Assembly: GCA_964016885.1 (NCBI GenBank)
Contig: OZ024746.1
Coordinates: forward strand, 63,612,001-63,676,000
Source: Eledone cirrhosa
Lineage: Eukaryota
Direction of reading: 5' to 3'
DNA length: 64,000 nucleotides
Positions within the stretch are counted from its first letter, which is position 1. Every line of letters begins with the position of its first letter. The position numbers were made by a program, and so were the translations under genes. Under the pieces are notes generated by a model. That model had not been told where the DNA came from. It worked only from the letters and a program-made list of their open reading frames with translations, and ran no database searches. Positions 51,066-60,648 of the stretch are shown piece after piece.

Positions 51066-54000
51066 TTTCATGTTATAGGTCACAAGACATTGGGGATAAT
51101 ACAATGATGAATTACAACACAAAGTGGCGTTTACATCAAGTAAAAACGTTTAAAATCAATAAAAATAAATTTCCAGCAAGTAACGATCACCAATAAGAGG
51201 GAGGACCACCTTGTGTAATTCTGGGCAAAAAAAACCCAGACAAAATCCCAGATAACTTTGTACCCCTAAAAGTAATTTAACCCCTTTAGCATTTAAACCG
51301 ACCATATCTGGCCAGCATTATCTCACCTCTTTTTGTTTAAACCAGCTGTAACTGGCCACTGATACTGATGTTAAGGTATTGTTCTCAAAATAAATAACAT
51401 CAAAATCTCATATTCAATATTACATGAGATAATATATAATGTAAATGCTAAAGGGTTAAAGTGCCATCTTTTAGTTACTTTTCCACCTGTCTTAGAATAG
51501 CATAGTTAGAGTACATCCAGCCTTGTCAATCTTGCTGTTCTCACTTTTGTGAAGAAACAGAACTAGAAGGCAGATCCTCCCTCTCCACTCACTTTTGTCT
51601 TCAAGTGACTCTTGAATAATAATAATAATAATTTTCTACTTTAGGCACAAGGCCAGCAATTTGAAGGGAAGGGGAAAGTTGATTAAATCGACCCCGTAAG
51701 GATGAAAGGCAAAGCTAATCTTGGCGGGATTGGAACTCTGAACATAAAGAGCCATAACTCTATGCTGTAAAGCATGGTGTGCGATGCTCTACCGATACTG
51801 CCAACCCACTGCCCTAATAATAATAATTATAATGTTTCTACTTTTGGCATAAAGCCAGCAATTATCCCAGTGCATTACTGGTGCTTTATTTTATCAACCC
51901 TGTAAGGATGAAAGGCAAAGCTAACCTCGGCAGGATTTGAACTCAGAACGCAAAGGGCCATAACTCTATGCTCTAAAGCATGGTGTCTGACGCTCTACTG
52001 ATACTGCCATAACAATAATGATTTCTAATTTAACCCTTTAGCATTTAAACCGGCCATATCCGGCCAGAATTCTCTCACCTCTTTCTGTTCAAATTGGCTG
52101 TAACCAGTCACTCATACTGATGTAAAGGTATTGTTCTCAAAATAAATGATATCAAAATCTCAGATTCGATATTATGTGAGATAAAGTGTTTACCATAAAA
52201 ATACAATAGTATATATAGAGTAATGTAAATGCTAAAAGGTTAAACATATGTCCAGTAATGTGATGGAAAGAGAAAGTCAATTACATCGATCCTAGTACTT
52301 GACTGATACTTTATTGTATCAACCCCCCAAAAGACAAAAGGAATAGTTGACTATAGCAGGATTTGAACTCAGAACATAAAGAGCTGGAAGAAATTCCAGA
52401 AAGTATTGTGTCCAAGACCAATCCATAATGATTTTAGTTTTACTGATGCCAGGGTGGAAAAATGGTGATGATGATTAAAAAAAATAATTATTAAACACGA
52501 TAAGGATACAAAACAAATTAGAAAAAATACAATAACATTACAAGCATAAGCCAATACAACTCACAAGGAATTAACTAACATAATTAAGATTGTTGGGAAC
52601 TAGAAGACTCCTGAGGTAAATAGAGACCAATTTCTGATTAAAACATACTTAACCAATTACATAAATTTATAGGAACAGTATTCAATGACTCTTTTATTAA
52701 CATATTTTTAATGAAAGACACTACCTATGGTTATCATATAATTTTGAAAAATAACTTTCTCATTATCATAATTAGTTTTATTTTACAAAGCTGTTTATAC
52801 AAAAACAAAACACAAGTAGTTTGGGATGAAGAGGATTAATAAAGAAGAGTGATAGTATTCAATGAATTAATTGTTTCTATATTTGGCACAAGACCAGTAA
52901 TTTGAAGGGAAGGGCAAAGTCGATCAAATCGATTCCTGCGCATTTATAGTCAATGGCAGATCGAGGTTGAAGTTTTTTCTAGCTTTTGAAAATAAACACA
53001 ATGTTATGGATGCAAATTTGGATATACTGTATATGTTTATTTGTTTCAAGAGGTCATCAGAGTTAGTGGAGGTGATGGTAAAGACTTGTTGTTATTTTCC
53101 AGTAAAGAGGATGTTGGATCACATGTGTATTTCTTTGAGTCATGTCAAATATATTTTGATTATGTTGAATGAGTGACATATATATGTCTTTATTGCAGGG
53201 TGTTTTTGTACATGTAAGATATGCTTATCTGCTAAAAAAAAGCTAAGGTTATATGTAGATGAAAGAGAGGAGGATAGTAGAGTGTTACCTGCAGGTACAC
53301 CTGGCTAGAGATAAATAATGAAGCTCAGTTTAGCAAACAACAAACACATTTCAGTTAAAAAAAAGGAGTTCAATTATGATAGTGAGGTGATAGACCAAGC
53401 ATGAAGAAAGCTCCATCAATTTCAATATCCAAGAAACAGTAACAAAATATATACGATTGTAACAATTTGAGGCCTTTAGATACCAGATAATGTCCTAATT
53501 GTGGGTTTTATTAAAGTGGAAGTAAAATGACAAGAAAAAAAATCAAATGCACTTAGTTTCTGTATATATGCTGTCAACAAAACGGGAGGTGGGGTGCTTA
53601 TTTAACCTCCACACCATATATATATAAATATATATTACAGCAAGACATATATTGAGCAAGACATATATTACAGCAAGACATATATTGAGCAAGACATATA
53701 TTACAGCAAGACATATATTGAGCAAGACACTTTATTTCACATTGCTCCAGATTACTCAGCTGTAGAAATGAGATGATAGGGACTGGGGTCCATATCATTC
53801 CACTGCAAAGTGGTCGTGGAGGTGCCATGGCAAAAAAGCACCCAGCACTCACTGTAAATGAGGTTGGTGTTAGGAAGGGCATCCAGCTGTAGAAATCAAG
53901 CCAGAATCAGTTCCCGTCCCACCCTTGCAAGCAGGGAAAAGTGGACGTAAAATGAAATGATGATGATTAAATTTAAGTGAAAAACTCTATCCATGGGAGT

Positions 54001-56150
54001 ATAAGCCAGAGAGACCGACATTTTAAAAAATCAATCTCACTTATATCTCGATCTCCTATATGTATGTATAGAGTCCTGCTGTCTGTGTGTGAAGGGTAGG
54101 GAAAACATTCCAATCAACTGAGATTATCATCCCAATTTCATGACTAAAACTCCCTTTAAGGGTTGTTCGGCCATGAAAGCTAGCAAGGGAGGTAAGTCCC
54201 ATAACCCTGGCCAATTTAAGCTTTTTCAGACACTGCAGTGGAAATAGACCTTGTCTATAAACCAACTTGGTGAAAACATGTTTCGATATTATTAGATCTC
54301 CTCAGTGAAGTATATTCTCCATGCAAGTTGGCCTGAGTCAATGGAGTGTATGTAAGCAAGGCATGTTCCTCCCCCGGCTAGTAAAGATACTGAGGGCACA
54401 CCCTCAAGGACCCAAAAGGGCCATTACATCCTGGGAGGGGCAGAGGACCAAATGAGATGGAATGGGGTGGTGTAATATATACTAGTTATAATGCTAATCT
54501 GCAAAACAGCTAATTAGCTGCTATTTAAAAAAAATCAAAATGAATACACGTGGTAGTAAGTGGGATATGTGAATTTATGGGAACAAATTTCATACTGCGC
54601 ACCACAGAAAAGTAGTTTGCAGGGTCTCGTGTGTTTGAGACTCCTGACGTAGTTTATCTACTCGAGAAGGATGTTCACCCAATGAGAGAGTACTTACGTG
54701 GTCGTTTGACATACTAGGAAGAGTAGCTAATCTGTCAAATCCTACTACATGCACTAAAAAAAAAAAGACGAAGGTCATTTTGGATAATATGTAAAGCTTT
54801 TCATCATAGGCCTGGCCTCCTGCTCAACATTTTTATTTGCTAGGTTTTGAGGAAGGGGTTGTGCCCAAGATCTTTATAGGCTCTCCGACAGCGATAAGAT
54901 TGATGTTGTTGAATCAGTGGTGACTAGGATAGGGAGGATGGTGGTGCAAACAACAGCCTCAGAAAGTCTACCCTGACGGGATTTGAACGCATGTTTACAT
55001 ATATAAAATTTGTTTCTACTTTTAGTACGAATCGATTAATTCGACCCCAGTGCGTTACTGGTACTTTATTTTATCGCCTCCAGAAGGATGAAAGGCATAG
55101 CTAAGCTCGGCGGGAAATAATAGCATTTAGTTTCATAGTAATTTTGTGGAAGATGTTCGACCTTCTTCAAAAGTCATTTCTTAATTTAGAAAAAATTAGT
55201 GAAAAGTAGATATATAAGATAGCAATCGCATTTGCAGACAGGATTTCTTAATATTAATGACTGGTTCGTTAAATGAATTAAAGAAATATTCGTATATAAA
55301 TACTGAGAAGACACGAATGCATGAGCGAGGAAAGAAAATATGGAACGAGTAAGGCTTTATTTACGTAGTAAAACCACGAACAAATTAATGTTTTGGGACC
55401 ATTGTGTTTGTGGTGGTGTGATTAAGTACTTATCCAAGTCCCGCTCAGCTTTAACCTTTCGCAAGCGTTTACTCATTGCTTTTATAATTATTATCATTAA
55501 TTTATAGTAAGATTTTATTCGGCAATTGCTTATTTAATGTCGTTTGATCACATCGTCCAAATTTAGCATTTATACTTTAGTAGTCGCCACACAGAAAGTT
55601 GAATTATTTAAAGTTAGGTAAAAATAATTAATTCCTGATAATACACATAGTGCAATTACGTTATGCATAATCAGGAAATCTTAATTAACTTAAGATTATC
55701 CGATTTATATCACTAGGTTTTTTGTAAAAGAGGCGAATAATTCCAAATAAATCTAATCCTAGATGCCTGCAACTTTATTCTATAAGATAATGCCCGCTAG
55801 TATTAAATGGTTTGTGAAAAGTTTATGAAATAAAATGCATCTTTTTAAAAATTTTATTTCAATTATTAAAGTATATTTAGAGCAATAAAAAGACGAGAAT
55901 AAATAAAAATGAAGTTATAATTAAAATAATTCATATCACCAAAAACAATAATTCTACTTCGGAATTTTCTATAAGATTCAAAATTATTTTGAAAAAACAG
56001 TGAGCTGAGAAAATCTAAATTGCAAATATTTAAATTCCCTGATGATATTTCTGAGAGAGAACAGCTGAAATTGCTAGTTCCAAGTTAGTAAAATTCAGCA
56101 TGTATTCAGACAGGGCTCACCTGGTAAGAGAGCAATTCTCCCACATCCAT
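28927..56150 (-). CDS. CTNNBL1: Beta-catenin-like protein 1 (Prp19/CDC5L complex), complete spliced CDS, 16 exons, 559 aa
   Basis: Exons join in frame (1680 nt) from MDVGELLSYQ through FEKRAYKNQEMRVKFPD, FMESEMELND, LVQNLERLDE, FDANKLY, FLKGEGLQLMNLMLREK, FIDILGLRTIFPLFMK, KFTENDHEKVERLLELHFKY and FYLRRLEAGLF to RILQLVDKF-TAA, all matching vertebrate CTNNBL1. Confidence 0.97.
29105..29177 (-). CDS. CTNNBL1: CTNNBL1 exon 15 (VKQRVMQILNMRGGSLKTIRNIMR)
   Basis: AG/GT boundaries; conserved peptide. Confidence 0.95.
30376..30513 (-). CDS. CTNNBL1: CTNNBL1 exon 14 (RIMEMNEELDEDHEDQFYLRRLEAGLFTLQ...GASS)
   Basis: AG/GT boundaries; conserved peptide. Confidence 0.96.
31132..31313 (-). mobile_element. 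SINE-A copy
   Basis: Reverse complement of the family pattern, with an (AAT)n tail. Confidence 0.85.
31434..31897 (+). mobile_element. Short 5'-truncated copy of the second RTE subfamily
   Basis: GRPKMTWDEVIK ORF end plus 3' UTR and (GAT)n; near-identical to the reverse complement of 33898-34360. Confidence 0.92.
32148..32486 (-). mobile_element. CORE-type SINE, short-tail variant
   Basis: Same head and CORE as 37892, with a shorter tail. Confidence 0.88.
32574..32654 (-). CDS. CTNNBL1: CTNNBL1 exon 13 (VERLLELHFKYLEKVHRVDDQIEKEKH)
   Basis: AG/GT boundaries; conserved peptide. Confidence 0.96.
33343..33440 (-). CDS. CTNNBL1: CTNNBL1 exon 12 (EHITSIICNLLRNCQGTQRQRLLNKFTENDHEK)
   Basis: AG/GT boundaries; conserved peptide. 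Confidence 0.96.
33898..35390 (-). mobile_element. RTE-clade LINE, second subfamily, 5'-truncated, in CTNNBL1 intron 11
   Basis: ORFs 34612-35346 and 34202-34486 encode QGSVLSP, YADD, PHD finger, FCYLG and RRLRWYGHV; (GAT)n tail at 33898-33918. Confidence 0.95.
35623..35801 (-). CDS. CTNNBL1: CTNNBL1 exon 11 (EKRMSRNSAIKVLNH...GPIMEELE)
   Basis: AG/GT boundaries; conserved peptide. Confidence 0.96.
36858..37006 (-). CDS. CTNNBL1: CTNNBL1 exon 10 (SYKRHDP...FLKGEGLQLMNLMLR)
   Basis: AG/GT boundaries; conserved peptide. Confidence 0.96.
37892..38308 (+). mobile_element. tRNA-headed CORE-type SINE with an RTE-derived 3' tail (full length)
   Basis: A box TGGCTTAGTGG, B box GAGTTCAATCC, CORE-like CCTTGAGCAAGACACTTTATTTCAC...CAGCTGTAGAAATGAG, then about 260 bp matching the RTE 3' UTR and (GAT)n. 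Confidence 0.9.
38565..38623 (-). CDS. CTNNBL1: CTNNBL1 exon 9 (ENRQYIGELDGIDVLLQQLA)
   Basis: AG/GT boundaries; conserved peptide. Confidence 0.96.
38798..39092 (+). mobile_element. hAT/Charlie-like MITE (related copies at about 24236-24610 and 54385-54646)
   Basis: CAGGG...AAACTC and GTTTGAGACACCTG termini; flanking direct repeat GTCATAAAG. Confidence 0.7.
39970..40042 (-). CDS. CTNNBL1: CTNNBL1 exon 8 (AKIPFDANKLYACEIMSILLQNHD)
   Basis: AG/GT boundaries; conserved peptide. Confidence 0.96.
41228..41544 (+). mobile_element. CR1/L2-type LINE 3' end with (ATT)n tail
   Basis: RKHFFTLRVAEAWNKLPASVV...FK is the typical CR1 ORF2 C-terminus; a second copy is at 14897-15095 (-). Confidence 0.85.
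41545..43719 (+). mobile_element. Tx1/L1-clade LINE, 5'-truncated, GC-rich and frameshifted, antisense in CTNNBL1 intron 7
   Basis: PITLLNTKFKILA, LDQSKAFDRVDH, SVRQGCPLS, ADDV, KLLGVWF, RKLSLKGRA and a C-terminal CxxC..ETxxH...C knuckle; AATAAA plus (ATT)n tail; 15-bp TSD. Confidence 0.93.
44053..44144 (-). CDS. CTNNBL1: CTNNBL1 exon 7 (GIMENLTEFRPEICPDSSQQGLMQWILKRLK)
   Basis: AG/GT boundaries; conserved peptide. Confidence 0.96.
44377..44470 (-). CDS. CTNNBL1: CTNNBL1 exon 6 (LDGQIVALLVQNLERLDETVKEEADGVHNSL)
   Basis: AG/GT boundaries; conserved peptide. Confidence 0.96.
45340..45678 (-). mobile_element. CORE-type SINE, short-tail variant
   Basis: Near-identical to 32148-32486. Confidence 0.88.
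45720..46532 (-). mobile_element. Two one-ended MITE1 copies flanking CTNNBL1 exon 5 (45720-45922 and 46338-46532)
   Basis: Internal sequence matches 58600-58796; the right TIR is missing in both. Confidence 0.75.
46112..46209 (-). CDS. CTNNBL1: CTNNBL1 exon 5 (DISIAVVDLIQELTDVDTLNESEDGATALVDAL)
   Basis: AC| acceptor; donor TTA|gtaagt. Confidence 0.95.
46210..47156 (-). other. CTNNBL1: U12-type (minor spliceosome) AT-AC intron, CTNNBL1 intron 4, 947 nt
   Basis: 5' end ATATCCTTTTC; branch site TTTTCCTTGAC (46228-46218); 3' end tcAC. Splicing restores the conserved HDNT-D-ISIAVVDL. Confidence 0.95.
47157..47296 (-). CDS. CTNNBL1: CTNNBL1 exon 4 (FMESEMELNDILHEMHVVAT...THDNT)
   Basis: cag| acceptor; ends at the U12 donor G|ATATCCTTTT. 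Confidence 0.95.
48035..48141 (-). CDS. CTNNBL1: CTNNBL1 exon 3 (IDVLDEISLKRMLLQFEKRAYKNQEMRVKFPDMPEK)
   Basis: AG/GT boundaries; conserved peptide. Confidence 0.95.
49816..50227 (+). mobile_element. CORE-type SINE, long-tail variant with a deletion in the tRNA head
   Basis: Matches 37892-38308; head lacks about 20 bp between GGCTT and GCAATC. Confidence 0.88.
50853..51032 (-). CDS. CTNNBL1: CTNNBL1 exon 2 (PEKPGFSHKRQRH...EDEDPE; basic NLS-like segment)
   Basis: tag| acceptor, 180 nt open, donor GAG|gttagt. Confidence 0.88.
51281..51455 (+). mobile_element. MITE1 copy
   Basis: TTAA TSD and terminal inverted repeats. Confidence 0.88.
51616..52010 (-). mobile_element. Two tandem SINE-A copies
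   Basis: Two consecutive reverse-complement units separated by (AAT)n. Confidence 0.85.
52034..52239 (+). mobile_element. MITE1 copy
   Basis: TTAA TSD and terminal inverted repeats. Confidence 0.88.
53630..53728. repeat. 3 x 33-bp tandem repeat at a SINE 5' junction
   Basis: (ATATATTACAGCAAGAC-ATATATTGAGCAAGAC)x3. Confidence 0.95.
53718..53967 (+). mobile_element. 5'-truncated CORE-type SINE, short-tail variant
   Basis: Begins inside the CORE segment (TTGAGCAAGACAC) and ends in (GAT)n. Confidence 0.85.
56121..56150 (-). CDS. CTNNBL1: CTNNBL1 exon 1 (MDVGELLSYQ)
   Basis: aacATG start; donor CAG|gtgagc. Confidence 0.95.
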
Positions 56151-56235
56151 GTTGACTGCATCAACTACAATTGCGCATGCGTAATATAGTCACGTGTCAC
56201 ATTTGAGCCAATCACCATTTTTCCAATGGCGACCT
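56151..56235. promoter_or_regulatory. Compact, probably bidirectional housekeeping promoter of CTNNBL1
   Basis: NRF1-like TGCGCATGCG (56172-81), E-box GTCACGTG (56189-96), CCAAT boxes (56208, 56223) and YY1-like AATGGCG (56225), all within about 65 bp. Confidence 0.7.
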
Positions 56236-56373
56236 CCGAGGAGTAGACAGAAGTACTGTATGATTCTACAACTCTTCGCTACAATTAATTGGATACACCA
56301 GAATTTTTATGTGCTAATATTTGGCTTACATATAAGCTATCTATCACTTGCTACACAGACAATATTTTCAAAG
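56226..56373 (+). other. Candidate first exon of an unidentified gene divergent from CTNNBL1
   Basis: Starts at the promoter cluster and ends at a consensus donor AAG|gtaagtc. Contains the mini-ORF MATSEE* and an ATG (56260) open to the donor (MILQLFATINW...TIFSK, 38 codons). Confidence 0.5.
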
Positions 56374-56937
56374 GTAAGTCAGTGTTGATGCAATGAAATT
56401 ATACGTTTTCCTGTGTGTTTCATAGGAAGGTTGTATGGAAATGAATTGTCTATATAACATTTTTACCTAATCATCTTTTTTTTTCTACTTCTTCATAAAT
56501 TTGCTTTGTTCTTCTCAATTGTCACCCAGGATGGATAGACTGCATATATATATTCGAATAACCCTTTGTTTTCTGTTTATTGAAATAAAATATAGGTCTT
56601 GATTATGCCAAATCTCAGAATTCCAAAGAGAAAATGTGATTAAGTTTATGCGGCATGAGAGATCAGTTGATTCAGAGTTCACACGTTGACTGGAGAAATT
56701 AATTTATTAATAAACTGAATGACTACCTATTGCAGTTTTGAATATATATATATAATTCTATATGTTATGAATAGCTTCAGAATTTCTTTTTTTTTTGTTT
56801 TGTTCGATTGTAATCTTGATTTAATACATGAAATACTTTGCAATCAGTCACAATGTAATTGGGTAATGATGTCATGAGTAACCTCCCTTCAATGTCACTC
56901 TCGTTTGTTTATGAACACATATCCGGCTTTTTGTGAT

Positions 56938-56946
56938 ACACACATA

Positions 56947-57002
<56 letters not shown>

Positions 57003-57015
57003 TATATGTGTATAT
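56938..57015. repeat. (TA)n microsatellite
   Basis: Directly visible. Confidence 0.95.
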
Positions 57016-58599
57016 AATGAAGCATCATGTCACAATTAACCTTTTATTCTGTTAAATTATTTCACTTTGTTCGATTTTTAAAGCACACGTATTTAAGTTT
57101 TATTTGCGGCATTAATCTCTCATGTCTCGTGAAGGCCTTGGGCACTGCCCCTCCCTCCAGACTTAATGAAAAAGTCAGAAATTGATATGGAATTTTTTGC
57201 TGAGATTGATTTTTAAAGTGATTTTTATAGTTGTAGATCTGGGTTTTTGCGACATGCTTATTAGTTTTGCATTTGCTTTTTTCTTTGTTTTTCTTTTTAT
57301 ATTTCAGCGTCACAGTTTTAAACACAATGGTATAGAATATTAGGTATTAGATCTGTAATAATGAAAAATGATGTACAATCAAGAAAAAATAAACAAAACA
57401 TAAAAAATAACAGCCGATTATGTTTAGTGTTTGCACATTTCCTGCAGTTTCGTAAGAGAGAAATCCAGATTTTATAAATGCATATAAGTTAATTTATGAT
57501 ATATACGGAACTCATTATGTATGATCGAAGTATCTGCTACTGAATTTATCACGTCTCTTCGACGTTCGGTATTTTACTTCACGCTCTAACGATGATGATG
57601 TCACTTATAAAGCTTGCGATGTTTATATAATGGCTATCCTAAGCTAATATAACCCCAATCCTATGACGGAATAACTGGCTCTCATTATCTTTCTAATAGC
57701 TTCCTTCATGAACCTTATCAATAATCTAAGAATAACGTTATTTCTCCTGATACAAAGAAAAGAAAAAAAAAAGCAATGTGTACGCAATAAACTCATACCA
57801 GGACCTATTCTTTTAGATGGAAATATTCATGGCAACCTCATTACAGTATTCTTTGTTTTAACTTTCTCATAGTCTCAGATCTTACCTATGTTTGTGATGG
57901 AGCCTGTCTATGAAAAACGGTGTATTTTCTTAAGATTTATAATCATATTAACATCTAATGGTACATGTATATTTTGTGAATACAATAAACAAAGGAAATC
58001 TTTTGAAGCATTCAACCCACTAACATAGTTATTGGTACTTATTGAGTTAATGATAACCACAGTAGTTCATTCTAATTTATGAATTGTACAACATTTGATA
58101 ATTATTGATACTCTGTGTAAAAATGAACATCGGTTTTTAATTAATTTTGTTAAATAAATTGTTTTTAGTTAAAAAATAAAAACGCTCTCCATTTGAGTTT
58201 TTGGTTCCCTTCCCCAATCAAGTTAAATTTGGAAAACATTGTCCTAAAATATATATTTTAAAAATCAAGTTTTTTGTTTTTGTTTAGTCAGGGATGAAAG
58301 GGTGGTGCCCTAGACCTGTTTTAGAGCTACCAATACTGGTGGTGGAAGGGAAGAAAGTATCCTCAAACTGAAGATCTGGTCCGAGTGCTTGAAACAAGTG
58401 GACTCTACCTCAGCTATCAAAACAAAGTGGACTCTACCTAAGCTATCAACAGACTTGGTGGGGGTGTTAATCTGAATTATGGATTAATTCTAACTACCTA
58501 TGTGGGCTACAGCTCGATTTGAAGTCATAATGCAAAGAGGCTGAACAAATACCACAAGTTGCCATCTCATTCAACAGTTCCACCAATACACTGCCTTAA

Positions 58600-58796
58600 C
58601 CCTTTAGCATTTACATTGCTCTATATATACTATTGTATTTTATGGTAAAGGCTTTACCTCACATAATAACGAATCTATGAAATTTTGATATTATTTATTT
58701 TGAGAACAGTACCATAACATCTGTATGACCAGCCGGTTTGAACAGAAAGAGGTGAGCGAATTCTGACTGGATATAGCCGATTTAAATGCTAAAGGG
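58600..58796 (-). mobile_element. MITE1 copy (intact reference)
   Basis: TTAA|CCCTTTAGCATTTA...TAAATGCTAAAGGG|TTAA. Confidence 0.9.
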
Positions 58797-60463
58797 TTAA
58801 AATGGTGCTTTATTTTATTGACTCTGAAATGATGGAAGGCAAGTTGATCATGGCAGAATTTGAACTCACAGAAAAGAGCCAGAACAAATATTGCAAGACA
58901 TTTTAGTCTCAGCTCCAGTGACTCTATTTTCTGCTTTAAATCATCAACATTATTGGTCCTGACTTATCATGTCAACTTCAATCACACTATTGAAATGTCA
59001 CCTCTCTTAAATAAATATTTTCATGAGAATTGTTCCTTTTTATTGCTGTATCCACGAGTTTTATGGCTAAGTCTTATCCATTTACAGTTGAAGTTTCTAA
59101 ATGCAGTTGCAAATTCTATTCTGATAGTTTCTTCCCTCCCACATCTCACCTTATAGCTTCTTACTTTCTTGACCACTACAACTGGCAAAAATTCAGAAGT
59201 AATATCACTCGTCATCTTTCTCCTTGATTTATGTTCTGTCTTATTCTCCTTTATCAGTAATCCCTTGCATTTTAGTGGCTTTATTGCCTTGCTTAGGATG
59301 AGCAAAAAAAAACAACAATAACGAAACATACTTATGCCTTGTGCAATAACATTGGGAGATGGAGACTATGGAAGCCTGTGTATGCATCTTCAAATTAACA
59401 TTATTTAAAATAAAGTACCAGTAATGTACTGGGTAATTGCTGGCCTTGTGCCAAAAGTAGAAACAATTATTTAAAGTAAGCACTGATGGTTGTTTGTGAA
59501 ATACATTCTTCATCTAACCAAGTCATTGAAGATGAGTAGCATATACCATACAACATTTTAAGGTCATTGCCCTTGCTGAAGCAGGGGTTAGCCCTCACCT
59601 CTGCTCTGTTGTCTGTTTCACCCTCACCATTTCCTCCATCATATTTAGCCATGTCTTTCTTGGTCTTCTTCCTCTATTTCCTTTCACATTCATTTCCATT
59701 ACTCTTTTTCCCCAGTTACATTTCATTCTTCCTCAATACATGCCACAACCATCTTATTCCATTCTGTTCTCAACATTCATCACTAGCTCTATTTACATAA
59801 TTCTCTGCAATTCATTGTTTGTTTCTCTCTCTCTGAACAAAACACCTCTCATCCACTTTACTATTCTCATTTCCATTTTTTCCAGCTTTCTCTGCTGCTC
59901 CACGTTCATTACTCATATCTTGTTCACATAATTCATGATGCGTATGCATCACATGTCCGTACTAACGCAATCTCCTCTCCTGCACACTGCATCTGATCCC
60001 TCTTATGCTCAGTTTCTCTCTCAGTTCATTTCTGCTTTCACCCTAAAAAAGATCCTGCTTTAGGGTGAAAGCAGAAATTATTTGCTTAAACTTTTAATGT
60101 GCTAATAATAAATATTTACTCTACAGGTTTATATATACTTTATATATATACAACCCTTATGGAGTCTTTAGACTTTTGTATTTATTATTACTATATATAT
60201 ATATATGTATATATAATGTGTGTGTGTGTGTATGTATAAGCCCTTGTAATTTCAAATCCTCTCATAAATATCTGAACACGAAACATGAGGTATTTAGAGG
60301 ATGCCTGCACCTAAAATCACATTTTATCAGCATGGAAATATAGAGGCCCAGACACACAAAGCACTACTTACATCTGCCTTAACCTACTAGGTTGGTCTCA
60401 TGCCCATATACATATTACACTGCACCTTAATATGGTTTAAATACAAAAAGCTATATAAATAAT

Positions 60464-60648
60464 TGTTTCTATTTTAGGCACAAGGCCAGCAATTACCCAG
60501 TGCATTACTGGTACTTTATTTTATCGACCCCGTAAGGATGAAAGGCAAAGTCAACCTCGGCGGGATTTGAACTCAGATCGTAAAGGGACGTAACTATGCT
60601 GGAAAGCATGGCGTCCGACTCTCTACCGATACTGCCAATCCACCGCCC
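60464..60648 (-). mobile_element. Young SINE-A copy with a 17-bp target-site duplication
   Basis: TSD AAAGCTATATAAATAAT at 60447-60463 and 60649-60665; near-identical to 19866 and 14708. Confidence 0.92.

Noticed and set aside
22550-54000. Recurring ORFs such as [14 protein letters not shown]... and [14 protein letters not shown]... suggesting a multicopy gene family
   Set aside because: Antisense translations of the RTE 3' UTR and CORE-SINE copies.
55405-55475. Weak resemblance to reverse-complement 5S rRNA
   Set aside because: Similarity too patchy to support an rRNA or SINE3 call by eye.
58392-58450. Two-copy direct repeat of about 30 bp (also 6862-6909 and triplicated tail modules at 7365-7545)
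   Set aside because: Simple local tandem duplications within repeat-derived DNA; no evidence of function.
58860-59329. Overlapping 65-102 aa ORFs on both strands
   Set aside because: No recognisable motifs; non-ATG starts; partly SINE-derived; probably decayed transposon sequence.
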